From Candidatus Nomurabacteria bacterium (GTDB taxonomy: Bacteria > Patescibacteriota > Minisyncoccia > Phycocordibacterales > UBA918): 64,000 nucleotides of DNA. The position numbers and the translations under genes are program-made. The DNA lies in the NCBI GenBank assembly GCA_020632075.1, contig JACKGH010000001.1:537778-601777 (forward strand), read 5' to 3'. The notes under the pieces were generated by a model. That model was not told the origin of the DNA. It did no database searches and saw only the letters and a program-made list of their open reading frames with translations. The stretch's first letter is position 1. Every line of letters begins with the position of its first letter. This document shows, piece after piece, positions 1-9,437 of this stretch.

Positions 1-239
1 CCCATGACCGATAGTCGGTTCACTCAAAAAGAAGCCTACAAATAAGAGTGAAACGACTGTAACGCTTGCGAGCACCGCGTACGTAGCAGATCGACTGAGA
101 TGTGTGAAATTAGTAATCATAATGCAATTTGTGTCTTGTTAATTTACTTAGTAAGTATAGCAATTAATGGCTCAGAATAATGTTTTATGGTTGTTTTTGT
201 GTGCATAACTCACACCTTATTTCACCGCTTTACATAAGC

Positions 240-3053
240 CTAGATTGCGCCACCACCGCCTGCGCCACCACCAGTCGACTGGTGGTAGACCCGGACCTGG
301 ATCGCGTCGATCTGTACCGTATTACTTGAAGGCTGACCAATAACCCGAACCGCGAAGTTTGCATTATTGAACTCAGCATACGTCCAGCTGCGGCCCCAAG
401 TATCGCTTGCACCTCCAAGAGTAACTACCGCATCCGTCCCGGTGAGGGTTGGGGTAGTTTTAGCGCTTGTCCAGTTACTTCCGCCGTCGTAAGAAAGCTC
501 AACATCAATATCACCCGCAGCAGTCGTACCCGAAATTTCCATTTTCACTTCGATACCTGTAATAGTATTACCACTTGGCACACTGAAACCGTGGCCGGTG
601 TAGCTTGATGAAGCGTTTGTCGTGTCAGTAGACGCATAGGTACCGTCAACCTTATCGTACGCATACGCCCCATTAGTCCAATCGCCACTATGTGCAGTTG
701 GCCAGAAGTAATTCGGATCATCCCCGATCAGTTCCCCACCTTCATTGGTGCCACCAGTTTCTTCGGAACGACCTTCTGGAGCAGGATCGCCGATCGCCGC
801 AGCACTACCACCACCGCCCTTGTTGATCCGGTGATGTTGTGCCTGATTGACCGATCCACTCACCGTATATGAACCCACATAATCTTCCATCGAAACACCC
901 GACGTGAATAATTCAAAGTTTAGCGATGAACCACTATCCGGCACACTCCAGTCAGCAACTACGATGTAGTTGTCAGTGGTGGTTGCAAGCCAGTCTGTAC
1001 TGAACGTGATACCACCCGAGAAACCTGAGATGCTCATTACACCAGCACCACCAACTTGCTCATCTGTCGCATCATACACACCATCATTATCGTGGTCTTT
1101 GAGGAGTCTGATATTAGAGAAATCAGCAGTGTCTATCTTCTTGGCTCCAGACAGTGTCACCACCAGCTCAGTCACCGTGGCTGTACCACTTTCTGGCGTA
1201 AGTTTGAAGGCGAATAGCGCTTCATCGGTCTTGCTTTGGAAATCAAATGCATTTTCAACCTGGGTTGCATCATGGTCTGCGATCGTGGTCGAACCATACT
1301 CGGCATTGAAATTCCAATTGCTGTTGTTGCCTCCATCAATTGAGTTGAAAGCAGGGATCGGTCCGTATGTACTCGATGACGCATTAGAATCGGACGCAGT
1401 CACAAACTCAACCGTCATTGGGATCGACTGCACATCGAGGTACCACTGCGTATCAGCCTCGGTCGAAGCCAGCCAAACATGAGAATCTTCTGCACCCTGC
1501 CACACGACAGTATTGAAGGTACTGGTCGCGCCAGCAAGGAACTGTGCTGAAGTAGACGCAGCCATGGTGAAAGTGCCAGTGGTAGTTACTGGAGCACCGA
1601 AGACGATCGACTGAGTAGCGCCAGTGCCACTAGTGTTGTAGACAGTCAGATCGTTGAAGGCACTCGCGCCAGAGAGCGTGCCGGTGGCAGTCTGCTGACT
1701 ACTACCACTGAGAAGTACTTCTGAAGTAGAAGCGGTGAATATACCGTTGTTCGTGTAGTCACCGTCGATATCAAGTGTGGTACCAGATGCATGTACGATC
1801 GCACCGGAAAGAATAGAGAAGTCAGTCGTGGAAGCACTAGTCTGGAAGACCTGCACATTATCGGCGACAATCACATCGCCAAAGGCTGATATGCCGATCA
1901 TGGCACCAGAATGCGTAGCCGGGAGATGATATTCATGCACAGCATCACTACCATCACCGGTTATGTACATACGCGAACCATCTGTCGAAAACGCAAACCC
2001 ATACGCATAGGTCTCTTCGGTTGAAAACGAAAACGTATCAACATGAACTGCGGTAGCAACGCTCCACGGGGTGGTAAGAGTAAACTCGTCTACATCATCA
2101 CCATTGTTCCCCGCAACAAACATCTTGTGTCCGTCATTAGAGAAAGCTAATCCTGCAGGAGCTAACTGGTACGAAAATACATTGTAGAGAGTCGCGTAGT
2201 TTGCTGTGGACACGTCAAAAGCAGTGTCAAGTATATATTCATACACTTTCCTGGTGTTGTATCCCATCACAAACATCTTGAGACCATCACTAGAGAACGT
2301 AACATCTGTTGGTTGTGAATCTTGAGCTGACACAGACTTACTGTCGACAAAGCTGGCGTTGGAGACGTCAAAGGCAGCATCAAGCGTATACTCATTGATG
2401 TCATTACCAGTATCCCCTGCCACAAACAACTTCATACCATCATCAGAGAACGTAAGACCAGTTGGGGCGGTGTCTTGCGCAGAGACTGACTTGCTCGCTA
2501 CGAAACTCGCAGTCGAAATGTCCCAGGCAGTGCTGAGTGAGTAGGTGTTGATCTCTTGGCCAACATAGTCAACAGAAAATAGTTTGAGTCCATCGTCAGA
2601 AAACGCGAGACCAAATGAAAGCGAGGCTTGGGCCGCTACACTTGTTGCGTGTACATAACTCGCACTACTAATATCGAAATAGTCTGCACCAGTGAAGTAG
2701 GTTGTGCCGGAGTTATTATCGAAAGTGCCACTGTTGGTGTACACCCCATCAATGGTGAGAAGGCCAGCAGCGGGCGCCGTGAAGCTGCCCCCGCTAGCGA
2801 TGGTAAGGTCTGAGGTTGTTGCATTGTTTGAGGCGGTGTACGAACCAGTCACTACCACATCGCTGAGCTGATCGTCTCCGACTAGGGTTCCTGAGATCGT
2901 TTTGCTTGAACCAGTAAGATAGATTGTTCCGCTATTATTATCAAAATCCCCCCCCACTATTAGTAAGGTCACCAGCAACAGTGAGCAATGTAGGAGCAGT
3001 GACTGTCGCTGTGCCACTACCGATCGTGAAGTCGGTGGTCGAAGCGTTGTCAC
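240..3053 (-). CDS. C-terminal portion (937-aa ORF) of a giant beta-propeller-repeat surface protein; continues the reading frame of 2941..9435 across a G8 frameshift; Gly-rich C-terminus
   Basis: Same 45-50-aa repeat family (S.A.DVS.ASFV.SKSVSAQD..P.G..FS.DG.KMFV.G...Y.L) as the upstream ORF. The 5' end overlaps the 3' end of 2941..9435 in another frame at a C8/G8 tract. Motif ...TNSGG|DFDNNSGT... is restored by removing one G. Confidence 0.6.
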   Translation of the reverse strand: MTTLRPPTSRSVVAQRQSLLLHCSLLLVTLLIVGGDFDNNSGTIYLTGSSKTISGTLVGDDQLSDVVVTGSYTASNNATTSDLTIASGGSFTAPAAGLLTIDGVYTNSGTFDNNSGTTYFTGADYFDISSASYVHATSVAAQASLSFGLAFSDDGLKLFSVDYVGQEINTYSLSTAWDISTASFVASKSVSAQDTAPTGLTFSDDGMKLFVAGDTGNDINEYTLDAAFDVSNASFVDSKSVSAQDSQPTDVTFSSDGLKMFVMGYNTRKVYEYILDTAFDVSTANYATLYNVFSYQLAPAGLAFSNDGHKMFVAGNNGDDVDEFTLTTPWSVATAVHVDTFSFSTEETYAYGFAFSTDGSRMYITGDGSDAVHEYHLPATHSGAMIGISAFGDVIVADNVQVFQTSASTTDFSILSGAIVHASGTTLDIDGDYTNNGIFTASTSEVLLSGSSQQTATGTLSGASAFNDLTVYNTSGTGATQSIVFGAPVTTTGTFTMAASTSAQFLAGATSTFNTVVWQGAEDSHVWLASTEADTQWYLDVQSIPMTVEFVTASDSNASSSTYGPIPAFNSIDGGNNSNWNFNAEYGSTTIADHDATQVENAFDFQSKTDEALFAFKLTPESGTATVTELVVTLSGAKKIDTADFSNIRLLKDHDNDGVYDATDEQVGGAGVMSISGFSGGITFSTDWLATTTDNYIVVADWSVPDSGSSLNFELFTSGVSMEDYVGSYTVSGSVNQAQHHRINKGGGGSAAAIGDPAPEGRSEETGGTNEGGELIGDDPNYFWPTAHSGDWTNGAYAYDKVDGTYASTDTTNASSSYTGHGFSVPSGNTITGIEVKMEISGTTAAGDIDVELSYDGGSNWTSAKTTPTLTGTDAVVTLGGASDTWGRSWTYAEFNNANFAVRVIGQPSSNTVQIDAIQVRVYHQSTGGGAGGGGAI

Positions 3054-6000
3054 TGAAGGTGAGTGGTAGTGTACCTGCAGTTACCAGATCATTAAAGGCC
3101 GAGCCACCGGTCATAGTACCAGAAAACGTCTGCTCCTCCTCAGTAATAACATATTCGTAGATACTATCATTGACGCTACCGGTCATGTACATTTTGGTCC
3201 CTGTGGTGTTGAAGGCTAAGCCATATCCAAAAAGATCTTCAGTACTTATATCTTTACTACTAACGAATGCGGCCGTTGAAATATCGAACGCTGAGGAGAG
3301 GTCGTACTCGTAGACTTTGTTATTGCTACTACCGATCACATACATTCTAGTGCCGGTGGTGTTGAAGGCTAAATCTCTTGGAACAGTATCTTGTGCGGCG
3401 ACGCTCGTAGCGTGGAGATAGGAAGCAGTTGAAATATCGAACGCAGAGGAGAGGTCGTACTCGTAGACTTTGTCGTTTGAAGAACCAACGACGTACATTT
3501 TAGTGCCGGTGGTGTTGATGGTGACACCTACTGGAGTACTGTCCTGTGCGGCGACGCTCGTAGCGTGGAGGTAGGAAGCAGTTGAAATATCGAACGCAGA
3601 GGAGAGGTCGTACTCGTAGACTTTGTTATTACTATCACCAACCATGTACATTTTAGTGCCGGTGGTGTTGATGGTGACACCTACTGGAGTACCGTCCTGT
3701 GCGGCGACGCTCGTAGCGTGGAGATAGGAAGCAGTTGAAATATCGAACGCAGAGGAGAGGTCGTACTCGTAGACTTTGTCGTTTGAAGAACCAACGACGT
3801 ACATTTTAGTGCCGGTGGTGTTGAAAGCAACGTCATATGGAGAAATGTCCTGTGCGGCGACGCTCGTAGCGTGGAGGTAGGAGGCGATAGAGATATCAAA
3901 ACCATTGTTTTCAACAATCACCACACCAGCATTGTGCGAAAAAGTTCCGGCATTGCTGTACGAACCAGTGATAGTTAGTGCATCAGTAGCCGTAAGAGCA
4001 CCGCCAGAAGTGATCGTAAGATCAGACGTGGTCGCATTATCAAGCAACGAATACGAGCCCGTGATGACCACCTCATCAAACCGACTGGAACTTGTAAGTG
4101 TGCCGGAGATCGTTTTGCCACTCCCCGTGAAGACACTGGTCACATCAATTCCCTTTGTACCTGTATTATTGTAATTCCCCGCCACCCGTAGGTTACTACC
4201 CCCAGCTCCGGTGTAAGTGCCAGAGTTGGAAAAATCTCCCCCTACTCGCAAGCTACTACTAGCCGCTGCGGTGTAAGTGCCAGAGTTGGTATACGCACCA
4301 GCGATGTCTGTCACACTGTCAGCACTTACGGTGAAGTCTCCTTCATTGATGTAGTCTCCCGCCACAGAGAGCGTACTGGTTGGAGCAATTACTATCGCAC
4401 TAGCAGTGATGGTCAAATCGGAGGTAGAAGCATTGGCAACATCAAAAGTTTGTTTTGTTTGATCAAACACCACGCTCCCAAACACTGAAGAACCCGTCAT
4501 AGTACCCTGATGAACTGCGTTGAGTTCGATTGTCAGGATACGATCAAATGCACTGTAGTTGGTAAAAAGTATGGAACTATCATAGGTAAGCCACGCCCCA
4601 TAACCAGCAAAAGCACTAGAATAAAGCACTTGCTCTTGATAGTTTGCAGTTGATACATCAAATGGAACCTGTAGTGTGTACTGATGAATTTCTCCCACAT
4701 CTCCCCGCACATACATGTAGTCGCCATTAACTGAGAAAAACAGACCGTCTGTTGAAGTGACTTCTGTCGCAACACTGTAGTTATCGACATAGGTAGCAGT
4801 AGACACATCCCAGGCGGTTCCGAGCAAGTACTCATTGACGTCATCACCATCATCGCCAAGTATGAAAAGTTTTGTGCCGTTGCGTGATAATCGAAAGCCG
4901 GTTGGAGTGGCATCTTGGGTCGTCACTGTAAAGTTGTCAGTGTAACTAGCAGTAGACACATCATAAGCAGTACTCAATGAATACTCATTGACTGCTTCAG
5001 GTTTAGAATTCGAACTTCCCCCAAGCACATACATAGTACGACCATCATCTGAAAATTGTACATCAATCGGATCATCTGTTTGAGTCGCTACACTAAGCCC
5101 GTCCACATACGTCTTTGTTGCCACAACCCAGGCGGTTCCAAGTGTATACTCATAGACTTTGTCATTTGTACTACCCGTCGTAAACATCTTAAGACCGTCA
5201 GGAGAGAAGGTGAGACCTTTTAAAGTGGTATCTTCAGTTTGAGAAGATAATCCAATGGATCTGTAACTAGAAAACCGCTGATTACCATACCCATTAAGGT
5301 ACACTGTGCCGGAGTTATTAGTGAATGTACCATTGTTTGTGTACTCCCCAGTAATGGTAAGTAAGCTTGGCGCAACAAAACTGCCACCCGAAGCAATAGT
5401 CAGATGACTTGTCGAAGCATTGTTCGACGCTGTATACGAACCAAACACCTCGACACTTCCGAGAGCGGAGCCGCCAGTCAGAGTACCCGAGAGGGTTTTG
5501 CTTGTGCCGGTCAATTCTACGACCCCATAATTATGGTCGAAGTCTCCCCCGCTGTTGGTGAAGTTTCCAGCTACCGTGAGTACAACCGGCGCTGTGACTG
5601 TTGCTGCACCGCTACTGATCGTGAAGTCGGTGGTAGAAGCATTATCAGCAAAGTAAGTACTTTGCTCACCGCTGATCACCACATCTCCCAGTGATGAAGT
5701 AGCGATGAGCGTGCCGCTGATCGTCTGTACATCACGCAAACTGTATTGATCGACGCCGTTGAAATCCAGGGTGTAAAACTCGTCTCCTGAAGTAGAGAAC
5801 GCAATGTCTCGAAAAGCATTGAGCGAGACCGTTGGAGTGAAGGTCTGTAGATAGGTCGCTGATGAAATGTCATAGAGCGTACTTAGGTAGTACACAAAGA
5901 CCTGTTCACTATCAAACCCAGCCACATACAAGTATCGCCCGCTCGTAGAGACTACGGCGGCGTTTGGATTTGTATCAAAGTTACCCATGTACAGCGAAGC

Positions 6001-9000
6001 ATTATCATAACCAGCAGTAGAGACGTCCCATGGTGTACTGAGTGTATAAGAATAGATCGTGTTGTTGGTGCCACCGACTACATACATCTTGGTGCCACCT
6101 GAAGAAAAACTCACTCCCTGTGGCCCAGTGTCTTGAGAACTTACACTGGTCGCGTGGGTATAGGCTGCAGTAGAGACATCCCACGCGGTTGAGAGTGTGT
6201 ATTCATAGACACTATTGTTGTCATTTCCGGCTACAAACATTGTAGAACCATCACTCGAGAACGCTACACCCATTGGAGTACCGTCTTGGGACTGCACACT
6301 GGTCGCGTGAGTGTAGGCTGCAGTAGAGACATCCCACGCGGTTGAGAGCGCGTATTCATAGACCTTATCTGTAGTAACTCCTGTGATGTACATATTCGTG
6401 CCGTCAGTTGAGAACGCAAGACCTCGCTGGGCAGAATCCTCATCAGTAGACGATGAGTTTGTATAAGAAGCAGTGGTCAGGTCAAAACCAATACCAGCCG
6501 CGTACAGTGTGCCTCCGTCCGCATCGAAGGTTCCATTCTGTGTCAGATCACCAGTGACCGTGAGAGAATTTGATACCGAAAGGACTGTCCCCTCTGTAAC
6601 GTCTACTTCTGAGGTAGAGGCATTGGCTGGAAATTCTATAGTCTGAACACCGGCCGTCACAAGCTTACCAAGTGATGAAGCACCGGTAAGCGTACCAGTG
6701 AAGGCAGAGCTGGTACTGAAGTCATACTCGTAGACTCGGCCACCCACCTGCGTCGACACGATATACATCTTGTCGAGATCGGCTGAAAAGTTTATGTCAC
6801 GCGGCTCAGTAACCACCGTCCCAACACTGAAAGTGTCAGCAAGCACAGCGGTCGAGACATCCCACGCGGTTGAGAGTGTATATTCGTAGACACTATCATT
6901 CTCATAACCTGACACAAACATCTTGTAGCCATCTCTCGCAAACACAAGACCATGCGGAAATTCGTCTTGTGTCTCAACCAGCTTACTGTCAATAAAGCTA
7001 GCAGTTGAAACATCCCATGGGGTCGAGAGTGTGTACTCATTAACATCATCCCCCCAGTCACCGATCACGAACATCTTGGATCCGTCCGTTGAGAATTGCA
7101 CACTATGCCCATCGCTCTCCTGTGCAGCAACACTGGTCGCGTGCACATAACTAGCAGTCGAGACGTCCCAGGCGGAAGACAAATTGTACTCATGCACTGA
7201 GTCATTCTGTGTACCATTGATGTACATCTTGGTGCCGTCTGGTTTGAAAAAGAGACCAGTTGGCGTATTTTCATACGCCTGCACACTGGTAGCATGAACA
7301 TAGCTGGCTGTTGAAGCGTCCCAAGCAGGTGATAGCGTGTACTGAACCACCTGATCGTTTGTTGAACCAACCACATACATCTTGGTGCCATCAGTCGAAA
7401 AAGCGACCTCTCGTGGACTTGATTCTTGTGTTGTGACTGTCTTGTAGTCCACATAGGCTGCATGCATCAACCCCGCGGTCGTCGTACCACCGTTGTGCGT
7501 AAACACACCGCTATTATTATGAAAATCACCCGTGAGATTCAAATATGCTGGACTTAAGAATGTGTCTCCGCTCCAGATATGTAGTTCCTGTGCTTCCAAG
7601 ATCTTTATCTCGTCGGTCGCAACTGACGCAGTGAATTGTAGATCACTATCATCGGTTGAGTCGTAGTTTGCAAACTCGGTCACACTGGTTGAAGTGCTCC
7701 CCTCTTGGCGCACGATGACTCGATCCTGGTATAGATCGAGGCCTGAAATATGACTCGAAGTCGACGTGGCTTTGGTTACCACCGCCGCTCGAATACTCGA
7801 AGACGCATCAACAAAGACCGTCAACGGCACATCCATACCAAGCAGATATTGATCAACTGCAAAGCTGTACACCCCAGAACCATTAGCAGTCGTGGTAGTA
7901 GCCACTGGTGATCCAGCCCCAACCACTAACTTAATGGTCGCGCCAGTACCAATAACTGTTGACCCTTCATCAGAATACAAAGTCCCCGAAACGGTAGTGG
8001 TAGCATTCTCTTCATACAAACTATCAAGCCTAAGTCCTGAAAACGCTCCATGATCGACATCCATGGTACCAGTGGTAGCCAAGGCAATGTTTTCAACGGA
8101 CACATTGTCGGTTGCACTCATACCTGGCACAAACGCACCATGAGCATGACCCGCATTGTAACTCCATGTATCATTGCGGTTGAATTCATCAGAGCCGGCG
8201 TAATCAATGATCGTGTCATTGACACTAAGTCGAGCAGTCGGATTACCACGTGACACAGCTGCAGCTTCAGATTGCTGTGACCAGAAAAAGATGTAGTCTC
8301 CCGCTACGTCGACTTCTGTAAACGAGTCGGTGGCACTATTGATAGTGAAGGTCGATGCGTCTTCATGAGCTGTGGTGTCCCAAGAAAATTCAGTCAACGT
8401 AGTTGTGTTTTGATCGCCTGAAGTCGCCTCACGAATGAACGTCTCCGCAGCGCTTGGTAATTGAACGATCTCTAACGACCCGCCCTGGAATGTAGCCGTC
8501 AAACCAGCACGCTGAAGGTTCTCAATAGCGAGCACTTCCCCTGCACCAACATCGATGATACCGATGTAGTTAAGAACACCATCTTCAGCCTCTTGTGCAG
8601 TTCGCATCATCGTGGACACTCGCGTCCCCTCTACTTCCACATCATCCAAAGTGATCCGAGAAGTGTACTCCGTTCGATCTGCAGTAGTTCCAGCACCATC
8701 AGCAAACATTGGTAATGAATAGGAAACGAGATACCTGCCAGCATTTGCAATGGTAATATTTGCACCACTTCTTGAGAATCCTGTATCCTCTTCGTTGGTC
8801 GTATCCCACGCCACATCAGCGTGTGTGGTGGAAGCAGAGTTCGCACTCACAGCACCCGAGAGAGCGTACCGTGCGTAGTTCCAAGCATCAGGAAGCTTAA
8901 TGACCTGTACACCATTCCAGCCGGCATTCTCTCGGGTTGGAATACCTGTACTATCGTTGTCTGTTTTGTAGAAGTTCGTTTCAAGTGAGGTGGTCGCACT

Positions 9001-9435
9001 TGCAACATTAATGATCGCGTTACCCGATGTCATACACTCCTGCTGCCCGTTCAGCTTTCTCATATAACATTGTGAGGCACCAGAGGTAGCTGTCACTCCC
9101 CCAATATCGAGCCGACCTTGAATTTCCTTTCTGGTGTTGTCAGTAGCATCAGTTGTTTCCCAGAGCTGCGTATACAACACCAAGTACTTTCCCGTTTCTA
9201 GTTCGAACTTACTTCCACTGTACGTGATCGCTGTTCCCGAAGCATGTGTCTCACTGTTCCAGCCAAAGATCGCTTCACTGGTCGATACTGCGGTGGTATC
9301 GGTAGTGTTTTCACGCACCATGTACTCGAGCATGGTGGCGTGCACTTGAGCCGGGACCGCAAGCACAGCAAACACAAAGAACACTATGAACAGTGACTGA
9401 ATTACTTTTACTTGTGTGATCAATGCGGTCTTCAT
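2941..9435 (-). CDS. Giant secreted repeat protein (2164-aa ORF, N-terminal part of a ~3064-aa protein); signal peptide plus tandem YVTN/NHL-like beta-propeller blade repeats and right-handed-helix-like T/S/G-rich spacer repeats
   Basis: N-terminal MKTALITQVKVIQSLFIVFFVFAVLAVPAQVHA is signal-peptide-like. More than 20 copies of ~50-aa units (FDISTASYLHATSVAAQD.TPVGV..N.TGTKMYVVGSSNDKVYEYDLSSA). The stop lies immediately after a G8 tract. Confidence 0.65.
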   Translation of the reverse strand: MKTALITQVKVIQSLFIVFFVFAVLAVPAQVHATMLEYMVRENTTDTTAVSTSEAIFGWNSETHASGTAITYSGSKFELETGKYLVLYTQLWETTDATDNTRKEIQGRLDIGGVTATSGASQCYMRKLNGQQECMTSGNAIINVASATTSLETNFYKTDNDSTGIPTRENAGWNGVQVIKLPDAWNYARYALSGAVSANSASTTHADVAWDTTNEEDTGFSRSGANITIANAGRYLVSYSLPMFADGAGTTADRTEYTSRITLDDVEVEGTRVSTMMRTAQEAEDGVLNYIGIIDVGAGEVLAIENLQRAGLTATFQGGSLEIVQLPSAAETFIREATSGDQNTTTLTEFSWDTTAHEDASTFTINSATDSFTEVDVAGDYIFFWSQQSEAAAVSRGNPTARLSVNDTIIDYAGSDEFNRNDTWSYNAGHAHGAFVPGMSATDNVSVENIALATTGTMDVDHGAFSGLRLDSLYEENATTTVSGTLYSDEGSTVIGTGATIKLVVGAGSPVATTTTANGSGVYSFAVDQYLLGMDVPLTVFVDASSSIRAAVVTKATSTSSHISGLDLYQDRVIVRQEGSTSTSVTEFANYDSTDDSDLQFTASVATDEIKILEAQELHIWSGDTFLSPAYLNLTGDFHNNSGVFTHNGGTTTAGLMHAAYVDYKTVTTQESSPREVAFSTDGTKMYVVGSTNDQVVQYTLSPAWDASTASYVHATSVQAYENTPTGLFFKPDGTKMYINGTQNDSVHEYNLSSAWDVSTASYVHATSVAAQESDGHSVQFSTDGSKMFVIGDWGDDVNEYTLSTPWDVSTASFIDSKLVETQDEFPHGLVFARDGYKMFVSGYENDSVYEYTLSTAWDVSTAVLADTFSVGTVVTEPRDINFSADLDKMYIVSTQVGGRVYEYDFSTSSAFTGTLTGASSLGKLVTAGVQTIEFPANASTSEVDVTEGTVLSVSNSLTVTGDLTQNGTFDADGGTLYAAGIGFDLTTASYTNSSSTDEDSAQRGLAFSTDGTNMYITGVTTDKVYEYALSTAWDVSTAAYTHATSVQSQDGTPMGVAFSSDGSTMFVAGNDNNSVYEYTLSTAWDVSTAAYTHATSVSSQDTGPQGVSFSSGGTKMYVVGGTNNTIYSYTLSTPWDVSTAGYDNASLYMGNFDTNPNAAVVSTSGRYLYVAGFDSEQVFVYYLSTLYDISSATYLQTFTPTVSLNAFRDIAFSTSGDEFYTLDFNGVDQYSLRDVQTISGTLIATSSLGDVVISGEQSTYFADNASTTDFTISSGAATVTAPVVLTVAGNFTNSGGDFDHNYGVVELTGTSKTLSGTLTGGSALGSVEVFGSYTASNNASTSHLTIASGGSFVAPSLLTITGEYTNNGTFTNNSGTVYLNGYGNQRFSSYRSIGLSSQTEDTTLKGLTFSPDGLKMFTTGSTNDKVYEYTLGTAWVVATKTYVDGLSVATQTDDPIDVQFSDDGRTMYVLGGSSNSKPEAVNEYSLSTAYDVSTASYTDNFTVTTQDATPTGFRLSRNGTKLFILGDDGDDVNEYLLGTAWDVSTATYVDNYSVATEVTSTDGLFFSVNGDYMYVRGDVGEIHQYTLQVPFDVSTANYQEQVLYSSAFAGYGAWLTYDSSILFTNYSAFDRILTIELNAVHQGTMTGSSVFGSVVFDQTKQTFDVANASTSDLTITASAIVIAPTSTLSVAGDYINEGDFTVSADSVTDIAGAYTNSGTYTAAASSSLRVGGDFSNSGTYTGAGGSNLRVAGNYNNTGTKGIDVTSVFTGSGKTISGTLTSSSRFDEVVITGSYSLLDNATTSDLTITSGGALTATDALTITGSYSNAGTFSHNAGVVIVENNGFDISIASYLHATSVAAQDISPYDVAFNTTGTKMYVVGSSNDKVYEYDLSSAFDISTASYLHATSVAAQDGTPVGVTINTTGTKMYMVGDSNNKVYEYDLSSAFDISTASYLHATSVAAQDSTPVGVTINTTGTKMYVVGSSNDKVYEYDLSSAFDISTASYLHATSVAAQDTVPRDLAFNTTGTRMYVIGSSNNKVYEYDLSSAFDISTAAFVSSKDISTEDLFGYGLAFNTTGTKMYMTGSVNDSIYEYVITEEEQTFSGTMTGGSAFNDLVTAGTLPLTFSDNASTTDFTIGSGTATVTAPTLLTVAGDLTNSGGGF
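2948..2955 (-). repeat. Homopolymeric G8 (C8 on + strand) tract at the junction of the two giant-protein ORFs
   Basis: Sequence tcaaaatCCCCCCCCactattag. Frame 1 stops 2 codons after it; frame 2 continues the same repeat motif. Confidence 0.9.
3150..3910 (-). repeat. Near-identical tandem 150-bp (50-aa) coding repeats inside the giant protein gene
   Basis: The string ggaagcagttgaaatatcgaacgcagaggagaggtcgtactcgtagactttgt recurs at ~3421, 3571 and 3721, with diverged copies at ~3270 and ~3870. They encode FDISTASYLHATSVAAQD...KVYEYDLSSA units. Confidence 0.8.
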
Positions 9436-9437
9436 GG

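Noticed and set aside
1-239. Short palindrome gaccgatagtcggt near the window start, and the AT-rich 3' flank
   Set aside because: It has only a 5-bp stem with no T-tract. It is too weak to call a terminator and there is no other feature signal. The region is probably the 3' UTR/intergenic region after the giant gene.
230-418. 62-aa minus-strand ORF overlapping the 3' end of the giant gene
   Set aside because: It lies entirely within or overlaps the 937-aa repeat-protein ORF in another frame. It is a shadow ORF with no independent signal.
970-1482. 170-aa plus-strand ORF (and similar + ORFs at 9412..9699, 9766..10068, 12232..12594 and others) inside the giant genes
   Set aside because: These are antisense shadow ORFs in long, compositionally biased (Thr/Ser/Gly/Ala-rich) repeat coding sequence. 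They have no start context and are low-complexity.
3150-3910. Possible CRISPR array, because of regularly spaced identical ~50-nt segments
   Set aside because: The repeats have a 150-bp period, are in-frame and encode a conserved protein repeat. The segments between identical cores are also similar to one another rather than unique spacers. No cas genes are nearby.
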